In this document: positions 33,408 through 43,459 of the stretch, piece after piece
Layout: each line of letters opens with the position of its first letter
How positions within the stretch are numbered: the first letter of the stretch is position 1
Assembly: GCA_963809485.1 (NCBI GenBank)
Contig: CAWEJX010000020.1
Coordinates: 864,001 to 928,000 of the forward strand
Direction: 5' to 3'
DNA: 64,000 nt
Origin: an uncultured Acidobacteriota bacterium
GTDB taxonomy: Bacteria > Acidobacteriota > UBA6911
Program-made: the position numbers and the translations under genes
Notes under the pieces: generated by a model
What the model saw: only the letters and a program-made list of their open reading frames with translations
Databases searched by the model: none
What the model was told of the DNA's origin: nothing

Positions 33408-34766
33408 ATGTTCCGCAAAATCCAGAAAGTCCATTTCGTCGGGATCGGGGGCATAGGAATGAGCGGCATCGCCGAGCTGCTGCTGAACCTCGGCTATCAG
33501 GTTACGGGATCCGACTTGAGGAAGAGCCCCGCAACCGATCGTCTGGCTTCCCTGGGAGGGAAGATACACATCGGGCACCGGGCCGAAAATGTCCAGGGCG
33601 CCAATGTGGTGGTCCTTTCGTCGGCGGTTCACCCGGACAACGCGGAAGTTGTCGAGGCCCGGAAGCTGCAGATCCCCGTAATCCCGCGGGCGGAGATGCT
33701 CGCCGAGCTCATGCGCCTGAAGTACGGCATCGCCGTCGCCGGAGCCCACGGCAAGACGACCACCACCTCAATGATCGCGACGGTTCTTGTGTACGGCGGG
33801 CTCGATCCGACGGCCGTGATCGGCGGCAGGCTGAACGCGTTCGGCAGCAACGCAAAACTCGGCAAGGGCGATTTCATTGTTGCCGAAGCCGACGAAAGCG
33901 ACGGCTCTTTCCTGAAGCTCAGCCCCGCGATCGCCGTGGTCACCAACATCGATCGGGAACATCTGGATCACTATGCGGATTTGAACGAGATCCAGACGGC
34001 GTTCGCGGCCTTCGTCAACAAAGTTCCTTTTTACGGAGCCGCCGTTCTGTGCCTCGATGATCCCAATGTCCAGGCGATCATTCCCAGGATCGAGCGGCGG
34101 ATTGTGACTTACGGCGCCAGCAGCCAGGCGGATCTCGTCGCGTCGCACATGGAATTCCAGAAATTCGGTTCCTCGTGCAGGATTCGATACAGGGGAAATC
34201 CGCTTGGTATCCTGAGGCTTCAGGTGCCGGGGGCGCACAGCATTCTGAATGCGCTTGCAGCCGTGGCAACGGGGCTGGAGATCGATATGCCGTTCGAAAA
34301 GATCGCCGAGGCATTGGCATCTTTTCAGAATGCCGATCGCCGGTTTCAGATAAAGGGGAAGAAAAACGACATCCTGGTGGTGGACGATTACGGCCACCAC
34401 CCGACAGAAATTGTCGCGACCCTGAGCGCCGCCCGCAGGGCGTGCGACCGGCGGATTGTTGCGGTGTTCCAGCCGCACCGATACACCCGGATACGGGCCC
34501 TGGAAGAGGAATTTGCCCGGGCATTCTACGATGCGGATGTTCTTATGGTTCTTCCCATTTATGCCGCGGGGGAAAAGGCCATCGAGGGCATCACCTCCGA
34601 GAGACTGGTCGACCGCATCAAGGAATTCGGGCATCGTGACGTGAGTTTTGCGCCGGATTTCGCTGCCCTGCGGCGGATGCTCGAGGAAAGGCTCAAGCAG
34701 GGCGATTTGCTGCTGACCCTGGGCGCCGGAGACGTCTGGAAAGCGGGCGAGGAATTTCTTAAATAG
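33408..34766 (+). CDS. murC: UDP-MurNAc--L-alanine ligase
   Basis: [35 protein letters not shown]. Confidence 0.97.
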   Translation: MFRKIQKVHFVGIGGIGMSGIAELLLNLGYQVTGSDLRKSPATDRLASLGGKIHIGHRAENVQGANVVVLSSAVHPDNAEVVEARKLQIPVIPRAEMLAELMRLKYGIAVAGAHGKTTTTSMIATVLVYGGLDPTAVIGGRLNAFGSNAKLGKGDFIVAEADESDGSFLKLSPAIAVVTNIDREHLDHYADLNEIQTAFAAFVNKVPFYGAAVLCLDDPNVQAIIPRIERRIVTYGASSQADLVASHMEFQKFGSSCRIRYRGNPLGILRLQVPGAHSILNALAAVATGLEIDMPFEKIAEALASFQNADRRFQIKGKKNDILVVDDYGHHPTEIVATLSAARRACDRRIVAVFQPHRYTRIRALEEEFARAFYDADVLMVLPIYAAGEKAIEGITSERLVDRIKEFGHRDVSFAPDFAALRRMLEERLKQGDLLLTLGAGDVWKAGEEFLK

Positions 34767-34834
34767 CACACGGCTGTTGCCGGGTATCATGCATTTATGC
34801 GGGCAGGCAGGAACCGCCCGATCAGGATTGAGCA

Positions 34835-35755
34835 ATGGAGATCAGGACAAACAAACCGCGGGAAGCGCAGAGCGCAAGAATCGTTCCGCCCCCCGACAGG
34901 GTTCGTCATCCAAGGAGGAAATCCGTCCAGAAACTGGGCAAGCGCCCAATGGCAGGCCGGCGCCTCGTGTCCGCATTCAGGATTCTGGGAAAAATCAGTG
35001 TTCTCCTTTTGATCGCGGTTTTCATGCTCTCCGTTTTCCTATATGCTTACACTTCTGAGAAATTCAACCTTCGCAACATTGCGGTTTACGGCTGCAAGGA
35101 GCTCGATCCGAAACGCCTTGAGAGGATCATCCGGCGGGATTTCCCGGAAAATATTTTGCGCATCGATCTTCGCAAGTTGAAGTCTCGGCTGGAAAAGGAG
35201 GCCTGGGTCGATCGTGTGGAAATCCGCCGCGTGCTGCCTTCGGACCTTGTCATTTACGTTAAGGAGCGCACGCCGTCCGTGATTCTGGAAATGCAGGGTG
35301 AACTGATGATCGCGGACAAGGACGGCGTTCTGCTCGATTCGTATGAATCCCGGTACGGGAGGCTGGATGTGCCCGTATTCAAAGGAGTCCTGGGGAAAGA
35401 CACCCCGAATTACCGGAAAAATCAGGAGGAAAATACGGCGCGTATCGGCCAGGGACTGGCCCTGCTTTCGGACATCGAAGCCGGCTGTCCGGCCCATACG
35501 CACAGCATTTCCGAGGTCGACATATCGGACAGAAGCAATCTTAAGGTTCTGCTCGTGGACGACACGGCGGAGATTATGCTCGGCGAAAAGGATTACCGGA
35601 AGCGCTTTTGCACGCTCATGAACAACATGAGCCAGTACCAGGAGCTGAAAAGCCAGTACAGCGACATTCCTTCCGTGGATATGCGGTTTGATGGCCAGAT
35701 CGTGTACCGTCTGAGGCGGACGGATGAGGTGCGTTCCAGGAAAGCCAGTAATTAG
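34835..35755 (+). CDS. ftsQ: Cell division protein FtsQ/DivIB
   Basis: Basic N-tail, TM helix, POTRA domain, C-terminal VDMRF. Confidence 0.88.
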   Translation: MEIRTNKPREAQSARIVPPPDRVRHPRRKSVQKLGKRPMAGRRLVSAFRILGKISVLLLIAVFMLSVFLYAYTSEKFNLRNIAVYGCKELDPKRLERIIRRDFPENILRIDLRKLKSRLEKEAWVDRVEIRRVLPSDLVIYVKERTPSVILEMQGELMIADKDGVLLDSYESRYGRLDVPVFKGVLGKDTPNYRKNQEENTARIGQGLALLSDIEAGCPAHTHSISEVDISDRSNLKVLLVDDTAEIMLGEKDYRKRFCTLMNNMSQYQELKSQYSDIPSVDMRFDGQIVYRLRRTDEVRSRKASN

Positions 35756-35812
35756 CTTCTATTCATTGCAGCCAGGGGCAAAAGGCAGGGCTCCGGAGTT
35801 GCGGGACTCAGG

Positions 35813-37054
35813 ATGAACAGAAAGGTAAGTAAAAAGGATCGCATCATCTGCGGGCTCGACGTCGGGACCACGAAGATCTGCATGATGATCGTGCGCGTTC
35901 TACCCGACGGCACCCTGGAAGTCATCAGCACCGGCTACGCCAACTCGAGCGGCCTGAAAAAGGGAGTTGTGGTGGACCTGGACGAAGCTGCGGCATCCAT
36001 ACGAAAGGCTGCGGACGAAGCGGAAATGGACTGCAACCATTCAGTCGATTGGGTGATCGTCGGGGCATCCGGAGATCATTTTCAAAGCTTCAACTCCCAC
36101 GGCGCAATCACGATAGAGGGCAACCATCAGGAAGTGACTGCCGAGGAGATGGCACAGGTGATCCGGGCCGCGCAGTCCGTTCCCCTGCAGCCGGATTGCG
36201 AGGTCATTCACGTGCTGCCCCAGGAGTTTTTCCTGGACGATCACGGAGGCATCCAAAACCCCGTGGGCCTTTTCGGCTCGCGCCTGGACGTGAATGTTCA
36301 TGTTATAACTTGCCAGAGCGCTCTGAACCAAAACCTGATCAACGCGGTCAACCGGGCGCAGATGCGCGTGAAAAAAATCGTGCTCCAGCAGCTTGCCAGC
36401 GCGGAAGCGGTCCTCACCAGGGATGAGCGGGAGCTTGGCACCGCGGTGATCGATGTCGGGGGCGGGACGACGGATATCGCCATTTTTTTAAGGAATGCGG
36501 TGCAGTTCACGAAGGTCCTGCCGGTGGGAGGAACTCATTTCACCCGTGATCTGGCCATCGGGCTTCAGACTCCCATGGCCGAAGCGGAGCGCATCAAGAA
36601 GGAATCGGGAACGGTCCTGACCGAGAGGATTTCGGAAGGGGAAACGGTCGAGGTCGCGGGCATGGGGACGCGCGCCGCCCGTGCCGTTTCGCGGAAGGTC
36701 GTCTGCGAGATTCTGCGGGACCGGGCCGTCGAGCTTCTGGAATTCGTTCGGGATCAAATCTGGAGAGCGGGAGAAGGGGAGCGTCTCGTGACCGGAGTCG
36801 TCCTGACCGGCGGTGGAAGCATGCTGGACGGCATGCTGGAACTTACGGAGGAAACCCTGGGGATGCCCGCGCGTCAAGGTCTGCCTCTGGGAGTGCAGGG
36901 ATTGACCAACGGGCTCTCCCATCCGGTCTATGCCACGGCGATCGGGCTCGCCCTCTTCGGAGCGGAAGAAGCCGGGTTGCGCAAGAACAGGCCGGGCAAG
37001 GCGAACAGCACTCCCTGGTTGTTTAACAAAATTTTGTCATGGGCTGGCAATTAG
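35813..37054 (+). CDS. ftsA: Cell division protein FtsA
   Basis: GLDVGTTKI, IDVGGGTTD, LTGGGS, amphipathic C-terminal helix. Confidence 0.96.
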   Translation: MNRKVSKKDRIICGLDVGTTKICMMIVRVLPDGTLEVISTGYANSSGLKKGVVVDLDEAAASIRKAADEAEMDCNHSVDWVIVGASGDHFQSFNSHGAITIEGNHQEVTAEEMAQVIRAAQSVPLQPDCEVIHVLPQEFFLDDHGGIQNPVGLFGSRLDVNVHVITCQSALNQNLINAVNRAQMRVKKIVLQQLASAEAVLTRDERELGTAVIDVGGGTTDIAIFLRNAVQFTKVLPVGGTHFTRDLAIGLQTPMAEAERIKKESGTVLTERISEGETVEVAGMGTRAARAVSRKVVCEILRDRAVELLEFVRDQIWRAGEGERLVTGVVLTGGGSMLDGMLELTEETLGMPARQGLPLGVQGLTNGLSHPVYATAIGLALFGAEEAGLRKNRPGKANSTPWLFNKILSWAGN

Positions 37055-37066
37055 GAGGAAGCAAGG

Positions 37067-38221
37067 ATGCAAACAGAAAAGTTACGTTTTGAGGAAGAAA
37101 CCATGCAGTTCCGATTTGACGATGATCGCCAGCCCCCGGCGAAGATAAAGGTTGTGGGAATCGGCGGGGCGGGCGGGAATGCAGTGAACCGGATGATTCA
37201 GGCCAAAATAGGAGGAGTGGAGTTCATCGCCGCCAATACCGACGTCCAGGCGCTCAAGAGCTCGGTCGCTTCCATCAAGCTTCAGATCGGCGCCAAGCTT
37301 ACGAACGGCCTGGGTTGCGGCGCCATTCCTGAAAAAGGGAGGCAGGCGGCCTTAGAGGATACGGAACGCATCATTGAGCTTCTGGACGGGGCTGACATGG
37401 TCTTCATCACCGCAGGCATGGGCGGCGGCACGGGAACCGGAGCGGCCCCCATCATCGCCAGTCTGGCAGCGGAATTGGGAGCCCTAACCGTCGGCGTCGT
37501 TACCAAGCCCTTCAATTTTGAAGGCAAGAGGCGCCAGATGCACGCTGAAGAAGGCCTTCACGAATTGAAGGAAGTGGTCGACACCCTGATCACGATCCCC
37601 AATGAAAGACTGCTCTGTGCCATGGGACCCGAAGCCCTGCTCGAGGATTCCTTCCGTTATGCGGATGATGTGCTCTGTCAGGCGGTACAGGGCATCTCGG
37701 ATATCATTACCATGCCCGGAATCGTAAATGTGGACTTTGCCGACGTGCGCACCATTATGGCCGGGAAGGGCATGGCCCTTATGGGAACCGGGATGGCCGA
37801 GGGCGAGAACCGGGCGGTTGAAGCCGCTCAGAGGGCCATATCCAGCCCGCTGCTGGAAGAGACCTCTATCCGCGGCGCCCAGGGAGTGTTGATCAACATT
37901 ACCGCCACGCGCGACAGCCTGCGGCTGCACGAGGTCGATGCGGCGGCGAAAATCATCGAGGAAATCGCCGGAGCGGAGGACACGATTTTCGGCGCTGTAT
38001 ACGATGAGAAGATGGGGGACAGAATAAAAATTACGGTTATCGCCACAGGCTTTAACCAGAGCGGCAGCGAGCGGGTGAAGGGACCCGGCGATTTCTTCCG
38101 CAGCGCAAGCAACGTGGTTCCCCTGGCATCATCCGAATCGAGCAAGTCGATCGATTATCAGCGCGCGGCTATCAGGGAAAATCTGGACGAGCCTGCCTTC
38201 AGGCGCCGGCGCGCCGAGTAG
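37067..38221 (+). CDS. ftsZ: Cell division protein FtsZ
   Basis: [23 protein letters not shown]; alternative start at 37103. Confidence 0.98.
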   Translation: MQTEKLRFEEETMQFRFDDDRQPPAKIKVVGIGGAGGNAVNRMIQAKIGGVEFIAANTDVQALKSSVASIKLQIGAKLTNGLGCGAIPEKGRQAALEDTERIIELLDGADMVFITAGMGGGTGTGAAPIIASLAAELGALTVGVVTKPFNFEGKRRQMHAEEGLHELKEVVDTLITIPNERLLCAMGPEALLEDSFRYADDVLCQAVQGISDIITMPGIVNVDFADVRTIMAGKGMALMGTGMAEGENRAVEAAQRAISSPLLEETSIRGAQGVLINITATRDSLRLHEVDAAAKIIEEIAGAEDTIFGAVYDEKMGDRIKITVIATGFNQSGSERVKGPGDFFRSASNVVPLASSESSKSIDYQRAAIRENLDEPAFRRRRAE

Positions 38222-38249
38222 GCTAATGGCAGATTGCCACCTCAAGGAT

Positions 38250-38350
38250 CAGCGTTCGTCGGTGTTTTTATCAGCCTATGTCAGCGTTACCTGATCCAGT
38301 GCTGTCAAGCTCTGTGAGTCCCCAAGCGAAGCTCGGGGATTACCGATGTA
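38250..38350 (-). repeat. Diverged end of the 397-bp element family
   Basis: gctgtcaagctctgtgagtcccc..ggggattaccgatgta resembles gctgtcaaactctttgagtccccc..gggggtttaccaatgta. Confidence 0.55.
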
Positions 38351-38375
38351 TTTGTTGGATTCATCAAGATCGGAT

Positions 38376-39095
38376 TCACTTCGTAGATTTTTTGTAACTC
38401 ACCGACATTCCGGCAGAACCCGGTATGTCCAATATCCTGGTTTCCAGCGAAGGTATGCTGTTGACAAATTCCCAAAAATCGCCCCCTCGCCCGTACCCAC
38501 GCCCGAATCCGCCTCGGCTGCGCCCTCGGTCGCCGGAATAGTAGCCGCCGGAAACGTTATGGGCGGCAAAACAGCCGCCCACCGTCAGCTTCGGCAGCAC
38601 GGATTCCAGATAGTTGGAGTACCAATCCTTGTCGGCATCGCAGAATACGAAGTCAAAGGGTCCGGGCAACTCAGGCACAAGCTGGTGGGCGTCGGCAAGC
38701 CGGGCATCGATGTACTTGGCCAATCCTGTCTCGCGGAAATTGACCAGGGCCTCCTCATAGGCATCCCGATCGATCTCAATGGTGATGAGCTTTCCGCCGG
38801 TTTTTGACAGCGCCCAGGCGATCCATATGGCGGAATGGCCGGTGGACGTGCCTATTTCCAGGGCACTCTTGTAGTTGTGTTGAAGCACGATGTCGTAAAG
38901 AGCCTGACCGTCAGCATCCGGAACATTCATGCCTCGCCAGGATTCCCGGCGGTTCTCCATGTATTTTCGTACGAGGGTGTCGATGGATGCGCTATCGGCA
39001 GTTTTTTTTTGCGCAATCCCTCGTCCCGACGAGAAGCCCGACATGCCAATAATGATGCAAAGAGATGCAGCCAACGCCAGTTTGCCCATAGTCAC
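38376..39095 (-). CDS. Class I SAM-dependent O-methyltransferase with a signal-peptide-like N-terminus
   Basis: LEIGTSTGHS, ITIEID, FDFVFCDADK. Confidence 0.85.
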   Translation of the reverse strand: MTMGKLALAASLCIIIGMSGFSSGRGIAQKKTADSASIDTLVRKYMENRRESWRGMNVPDADGQALYDIVLQHNYKSALEIGTSTGHSAIWIAWALSKTGGKLITIEIDRDAYEEALVNFRETGLAKYIDARLADAHQLVPELPGPFDFVFCDADKDWYSNYLESVLPKLTVGGCFAAHNVSGGYYSGDRGRSRGGFGRGYGRGGDFWEFVNSIPSLETRILDIPGSAGMSVSYKKSTK

Positions 39096-39252
39096 ACTCC
39101 ACTCACATTTGAGGATAGATACGCAGTCAGGGCACCGGAATTTTCATATTTTTGCTGACGTCGGTCTGAAATTGTGGAGGCCTGGAGGTTAAGGCAATGC
39201 CATCCAGGCCTCGGAGATTCAAAGGATACCAGGGGAAATTTTGTGCGCCGTT

Positions 39253-39789
39253 CTATTTCGCCCTTTTGGCAATGATTTCCTGCGGAGGTCCTCCTCCTCC
39301 TGGCCCACCCGGCCCACCTCCAGGCCCGGCCCCAGGTCCTGCGCCAGGTCCACCTCCAGGTCCACCTCCAGGCCCTGCCCCAGCCCCGGCTCCAGGTCCA
39401 CCAGGTCCACCCGGCCCACCGGGTCCGCCTGGCCCACCCTGGATCTCCCGCGTGAGTTTGATTTCGTCTCCGGAGACCTTCCCTTTCCACAAAGTTTTCA
39501 TTTCGTTGCCGCCAAAGCTGCGCACGACAACAAAAGTAATTTCATCACCATTGATTTTGCCGTCGCTTATAGCGGTCTCGCCCGTCGGATTCGACATGGT
39601 GCCGGACAGTTTCGTCCCATCCACCGTAAAATTGAATACGGTTTCGGTTGTTCCCTGCCTTCCCTGCATCTGGGCGACCCATTTCCCGGTTACATCGGCA
39701 GCTCCCGCGAATCCTGCTAGGAGGATCAGCAGGACTGCCGCAACCCACAGATTTACGTTTTTCACGATTCGGTTCCCCTTCCCGGCCAT
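39253..39789 (-). CDS. Exported small beta-rich protein with a GPGG/GPGA low-complexity insert
   Basis: Signal peptide ending AGA-ADVTGKW; ~50-aa Gly/Pro repeat; exact start uncertain. Confidence 0.7.
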   Translation of the reverse strand: MAGKGNRIVKNVNLWVAAVLLILLAGFAGAADVTGKWVAQMQGRQGTTETVFNFTVDGTKLSGTMSNPTGETAISDGKINGDEITFVVVRSFGGNEMKTLWKGKVSGDEIKLTREIQGGPGGPGGPGGPGGPGAGAGAGPGGGPGGGPGAGPGAGPGGGPGGPGGGGPPQEIIAKRAK

Positions 39790-39923
39790 GTATCAAGGAT
39801 TCAAAACGGCCTATGGCCTCCGACCGTTGGTAGATATTACGTTTGGATCCGCGGCATGTTGCACAATAATTCCCGGAAGCAAAGGATTCGCACGGCAGCG
39901 TGAAGGATGCTAATGTATAGGGC

Positions 39924-42152
39924 TTGCATTATCTATGGGACCGGTGGCGGAAATTGACACGGGATCAGACCAAACTAATACTCGGCGGGCTGCTTTTCGT
40001 AACGGGCATCCTGGCATGCTGCAGCCGTCTGGAAGCGGCAGAGCAACTGCGGAAGCCGAAAGTCTGCCTTGCCTTAAGCGGCGGCGGAGCCAGGGGATCC
40101 GCGCATATCGGTGTCCTGAAAGTCCTCGAGCGGGAAGGCATTCCAATCGATTGCATCGCGGGCACCAGTTTCGGAGCACTGGTGGGAGGACTCTATGCGA
40201 TCGGCTACTCCGTGGACGGGGTCGAGCAGATACTTGTCAGCCAGGACTGGGACACCATTTTCAGCAATGAACCGCAGCGGCGCCTGACGCCGCTGATCGA
40301 ACGTAGGGATGCACGCTATCAGGCGCAGTTAGCCTTCAACGGCTGGAATCCGGAATTGCCGAGCGGCCTCCTGGGAGGCCAGCGCCTGGCGGAAAAGCTG
40401 GATGCCCTTACAGCCCTACAGATGCTGCGCGCCCACTATGACTTCGACAGGCTTCCCATCCCTTTCCGGGCTGTGGCAACCAACCTGGTCGACGGCAAGG
40501 CCTTTGTATTCAGGGAGGGCTCCATGGCCGAGGCGCTGCGCGCTTCGATGGCGGTTCCAATGCTTTTCACCCCGATAGAAAAGGACGGCATGCTGCTTGT
40601 GGACGGCGGGCTGACAGCTAATCTGCCCACCGGCGTCGCACGCGCCATGGGCGCCGATATCGTGATCGCCGTGGATGCGACTTCGCCGTTGCTGCGCAAG
40701 GATGAAATCCGGACTTTCATCAACGTGATCGACCAGTCGCTCAGCCTCCGCATGGAACAGAACCAGGAGGAAAGCCGGAAGCTTGCGAGCATCGTGTTGA
40801 AGCCCGAGCTGGAGTCTTTTACATTCAACGATTTCAATAAAACCCGCGAAATCGTGGCGCGGGGAGAACAGGAAGCCGGTAGACGGCTGGAGGAGCTCAA
40901 ATCTCTGGTGGCCGGCATCCCCCCTCGCCAGCGCCCGGCGCTTCCGGAAAAAGGGAAATCCACAATCGACTCCATTGCATTCCGGGGATTGAAAAAGGTC
41001 CGGCAGAGTCAGATCGAATCCAGCCTGCATGTTCACGCAGGCGAGGCTGTGAATCCCGGCGCGATCAGCGCAGATGTCGGCCGCATCTATGCGACCCGCC
41101 TGTTCGACAGCGTCGAATACACCCTCGAACCGACCGGCGAAAATCGATACCGCCTGGTGTACAGTCTCAAAGAGGCGCCCCTCCGGACCCTGGGCGCGAG
41201 CCTCCGCTACGACAATGATTATGATTTTGTCGCGCTGGTCGAGTTTACGGAAAGCATGATTTTCGGGAGCCCTTCGAAGGCCACCATCTCAAGTCAGTTT
41301 GGCGGCCTGTCGAATCATTCGGCCGCTCTGCGTCTCGTCCCTTCCGGCGCCCCGTTCTTCTTTTTTGAGCCGCGCCTGGATCTTCGCCGGCTTGAGCGCC
41401 GCGATGTACGGGATGAGGTACTGGTCGACAAATTCACGGACAGACGCGAGGGGGGCCAGCTGCTGCTGGGCGGCTCTGTTCTCAAGCAACTGGAGATAAG
41501 CGGCGGCTACCGCGCGGAACGTGTCCGGATAGCCGCCGGTTCGGAGCCCAACCGCCTGGATGGATCGGATGTGCTGGCCGGACTCACGTTTCTGCTCAAC
41601 CGGGACACGCTCGATTTCCCTGATTTCCCCCGCAGCGGGATGGTATTGAAGTTTCAGGTCGACAAACGGAGCGAGCGGCTCGGAGGGGATTACGATTATT
41701 CCAAATGGCAGGTGGATTATCAGCGCAACTTCCCGATATCGAAATCCTCCACTCTTCAGATCAACGCCAGCGGCGGCTATTCGCACGGCGCTGTGCCTTT
41801 TTATGACCTTTTCTTCACGGGAGGATATTGTTTTTCCGAAGGAGCCTCACGGCGTTTCGTGGGATTGGAGCGGGATGAGGTTGCCGCGCGTCAGATGGCC
41901 GTCATAGGCGCCAGCTTCCGGCATCAGCTGTTTTCTTCGCCTCTCGGTCTCATCAGGCGCGGCTATCTGACGGGCGGCTATAACGGCGGGTATTTCAGCA
42001 GCCGTCAGACACGACCGTACGACTTCAACTATATAAACGGCGCAGGAATCGGCCTGGCGCTCGACACCATGCTCGGTCCCATCCGCATCGCGGGCGGCTG
42101 GGCAGAAAGCAGCCGCTTCAACGTCTACTTCTCCCTTGGCCCAGCCTTTTGA
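39924..42152 (+). CDS. Patatin-like phospholipase with POTRA and Omp85-type barrel (PlpD/type Vd architecture)
   Basis: LSGGGARG, GTSFG, DGG catalytic motifs, POTRA-like segment, beta-barrel ending in Phe; start uncertain. Confidence 0.85.
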   Translation: MHYLWDRWRKLTRDQTKLILGGLLFVTGILACCSRLEAAEQLRKPKVCLALSGGGARGSAHIGVLKVLEREGIPIDCIAGTSFGALVGGLYAIGYSVDGVEQILVSQDWDTIFSNEPQRRLTPLIERRDARYQAQLAFNGWNPELPSGLLGGQRLAEKLDALTALQMLRAHYDFDRLPIPFRAVATNLVDGKAFVFREGSMAEALRASMAVPMLFTPIEKDGMLLVDGGLTANLPTGVARAMGADIVIAVDATSPLLRKDEIRTFINVIDQSLSLRMEQNQEESRKLASIVLKPELESFTFNDFNKTREIVARGEQEAGRRLEELKSLVAGIPPRQRPALPEKGKSTIDSIAFRGLKKVRQSQIESSLHVHAGEAVNPGAISADVGRIYATRLFDSVEYTLEPTGENRYRLVYSLKEAPLRTLGASLRYDNDYDFVALVEFTESMIFGSPSKATISSQFGGLSNHSAALRLVPSGAPFFFFEPRLDLRRLERRDVRDEVLVDKFTDRREGGQLLLGGSVLKQLEISGGYRAERVRIAAGSEPNRLDGSDVLAGLTFLLNRDTLDFPDFPRSGMVLKFQVDKRSERLGGDYDYSKWQVDYQRNFPISKSSTLQINASGGYSHGAVPFYDLFFTGGYCFSEGASRRFVGLERDEVAARQMAVIGASFRHQLFSSPLGLIRRGYLTGGYNGGYFSSRQTRPYDFNYINGAGIGLALDTMLGPIRIAGGWAESSRFNVYFSLGPAF

Positions 42153-42167
42153 ATTGACGATTTACGA

Positions 42168-42572
42168 ATGACGATTGACGAATTAAAAAAATGGATCAGG
42201 GAAATTTGTGAGGCATTAGAATTCCATGGGATCCGGATGCAGCTCAGAAACACGAACCCAAGCATACGGATTGATATTATCAGCTGGTTCAGAACTTGCC
42301 TCGATCGAAGGCTGCGCATGATAATCGGACAGCAGTTGATGCGATGCGGCACATCAGTGGGGCCAACTTTCGCGCAGCCTGTCGAGCCAAATCTCGCGCG
42401 GATTTTATTGCGAAGCTGAAAATCGTCGAGGAGGAGTGCGACGAATCAATCTATTGGATGGAAATGCTGGCCGAAATGAAGTCGCGGCTGGCTTCCGTTC
42501 AGCGCACTCATGGAAAAGGCGAATCAAATTCTCTCGATTATCGTGGCCTCCATAAAAACAGCCCGCTCCTAA
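42168..42572 (+). pseudogene. Frameshifted four-helix-bundle (23S rRNA IVP-like) gene
   Basis: Segments IIGQQLMRCGTSVG / ANFRAACRAKSRADFIAKLKIVEEECDESIYW / LMEKANQILSIIVASIKTARS are joined only through frameshifts. Confidence 0.8.
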
Positions 42573-42596
42573 TTCGTCAATCGTAAATCGTAATCG

Positions 42597-43319
42597 TCAA
42601 TGGATAGTGGGTTTCTTCTTTTTAGCGTCCTCGACCTTGCGCCGGACATCCCCATAGTAGACTTCAAACTGCCGCTTCAGCTGCTCGTGACGGCGCTGGT
42701 CGTAAAAGAGCCGGTATTTGTCCACCCAGTCCTTCCCCTTGAGGTACAGGTATCCGACCACCATCCCGCCGAGATGAGCGATGCTGGCGATGCCGGACTC
42801 CGAACCGTCGATTGAGGATAGAAAGGCGGCCGCTCCCATGATCAGGACCAGCCACTTGACTTTGAGCGGAAGCAGGAAGTTCAGGTAGACAATGCGGTTC
42901 GGGTAGGTTATTCCATAGGCAAGAAGGAGGCCGTAAATGGCGCCGGAAGCCCCGATAATGACGGCCCAGCTGTGCATGGCAACAAGCCAGGAACAGACTC
43001 CCGCCCCGATGCCGGTTATAAAATAGTAGGTCAGAAATCGCCGCGTCCCCCAATAACGTTCCAGTTCATTGCCGAACATGAACAGAGTCAGCATATTGAA
43101 AAACAGGTGGAAGACGCCTCCGTGCAAAAACATGTACGTGACCAGCTGCCAGATCATCCGTTCCTGCGTAAGGCGTATGGGCACCAGGCCAAAATAGAGA
43201 TCGAGGAAGTTGCTGCCGAGCAGATGAGAAACGATCTGCAGCAAATACGCAGCAATATTTATGGCGATAAGAGTCTTGACTGTCCGGGTAACCGGTCCTC
43301 CAAAGATGTAGTTGCTCAT
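42597..43319 (-). CDS. Rhomboid-family intramembrane serine protease
   Basis: WQLVTYMFLH, HLFFNM, GASG, AHLGG. Confidence 0.93.
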   Translation of the reverse strand: MSNYIFGGPVTRTVKTLIAINIAAYLLQIVSHLLGSNFLDLYFGLVPIRLTQERMIWQLVTYMFLHGGVFHLFFNMLTLFMFGNELERYWGTRRFLTYYFITGIGAGVCSWLVAMHSWAVIIGASGAIYGLLLAYGITYPNRIVYLNFLLPLKVKWLVLIMGAAAFLSSIDGSESGIASIAHLGGMVVGYLYLKGKDWVDKYRLFYDQRRHEQLKRQFEVYYGDVRRKVEDAKKKKPTIH

Positions 43320-43459
43320 CAAGAGTAATGTAGGAGAATTGGCGGGCGAATTCAACCGCCGCCGGCCCTGTATTGCCGAATTTCCTGGAATCTTTCCATT
43401 CTGTCGCCGTCACTGGTAGAATTAGGCCTCCATTTGAAGATAAAGCGAGGGTATCTCTG

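Noticed and set aside
39197-39913. Pro-rich plus-strand ORF (PPGP repeats)
   Set aside because: It is the antisense mirror of the Gly-rich exported protein, which has a signal peptide and a plausible fold
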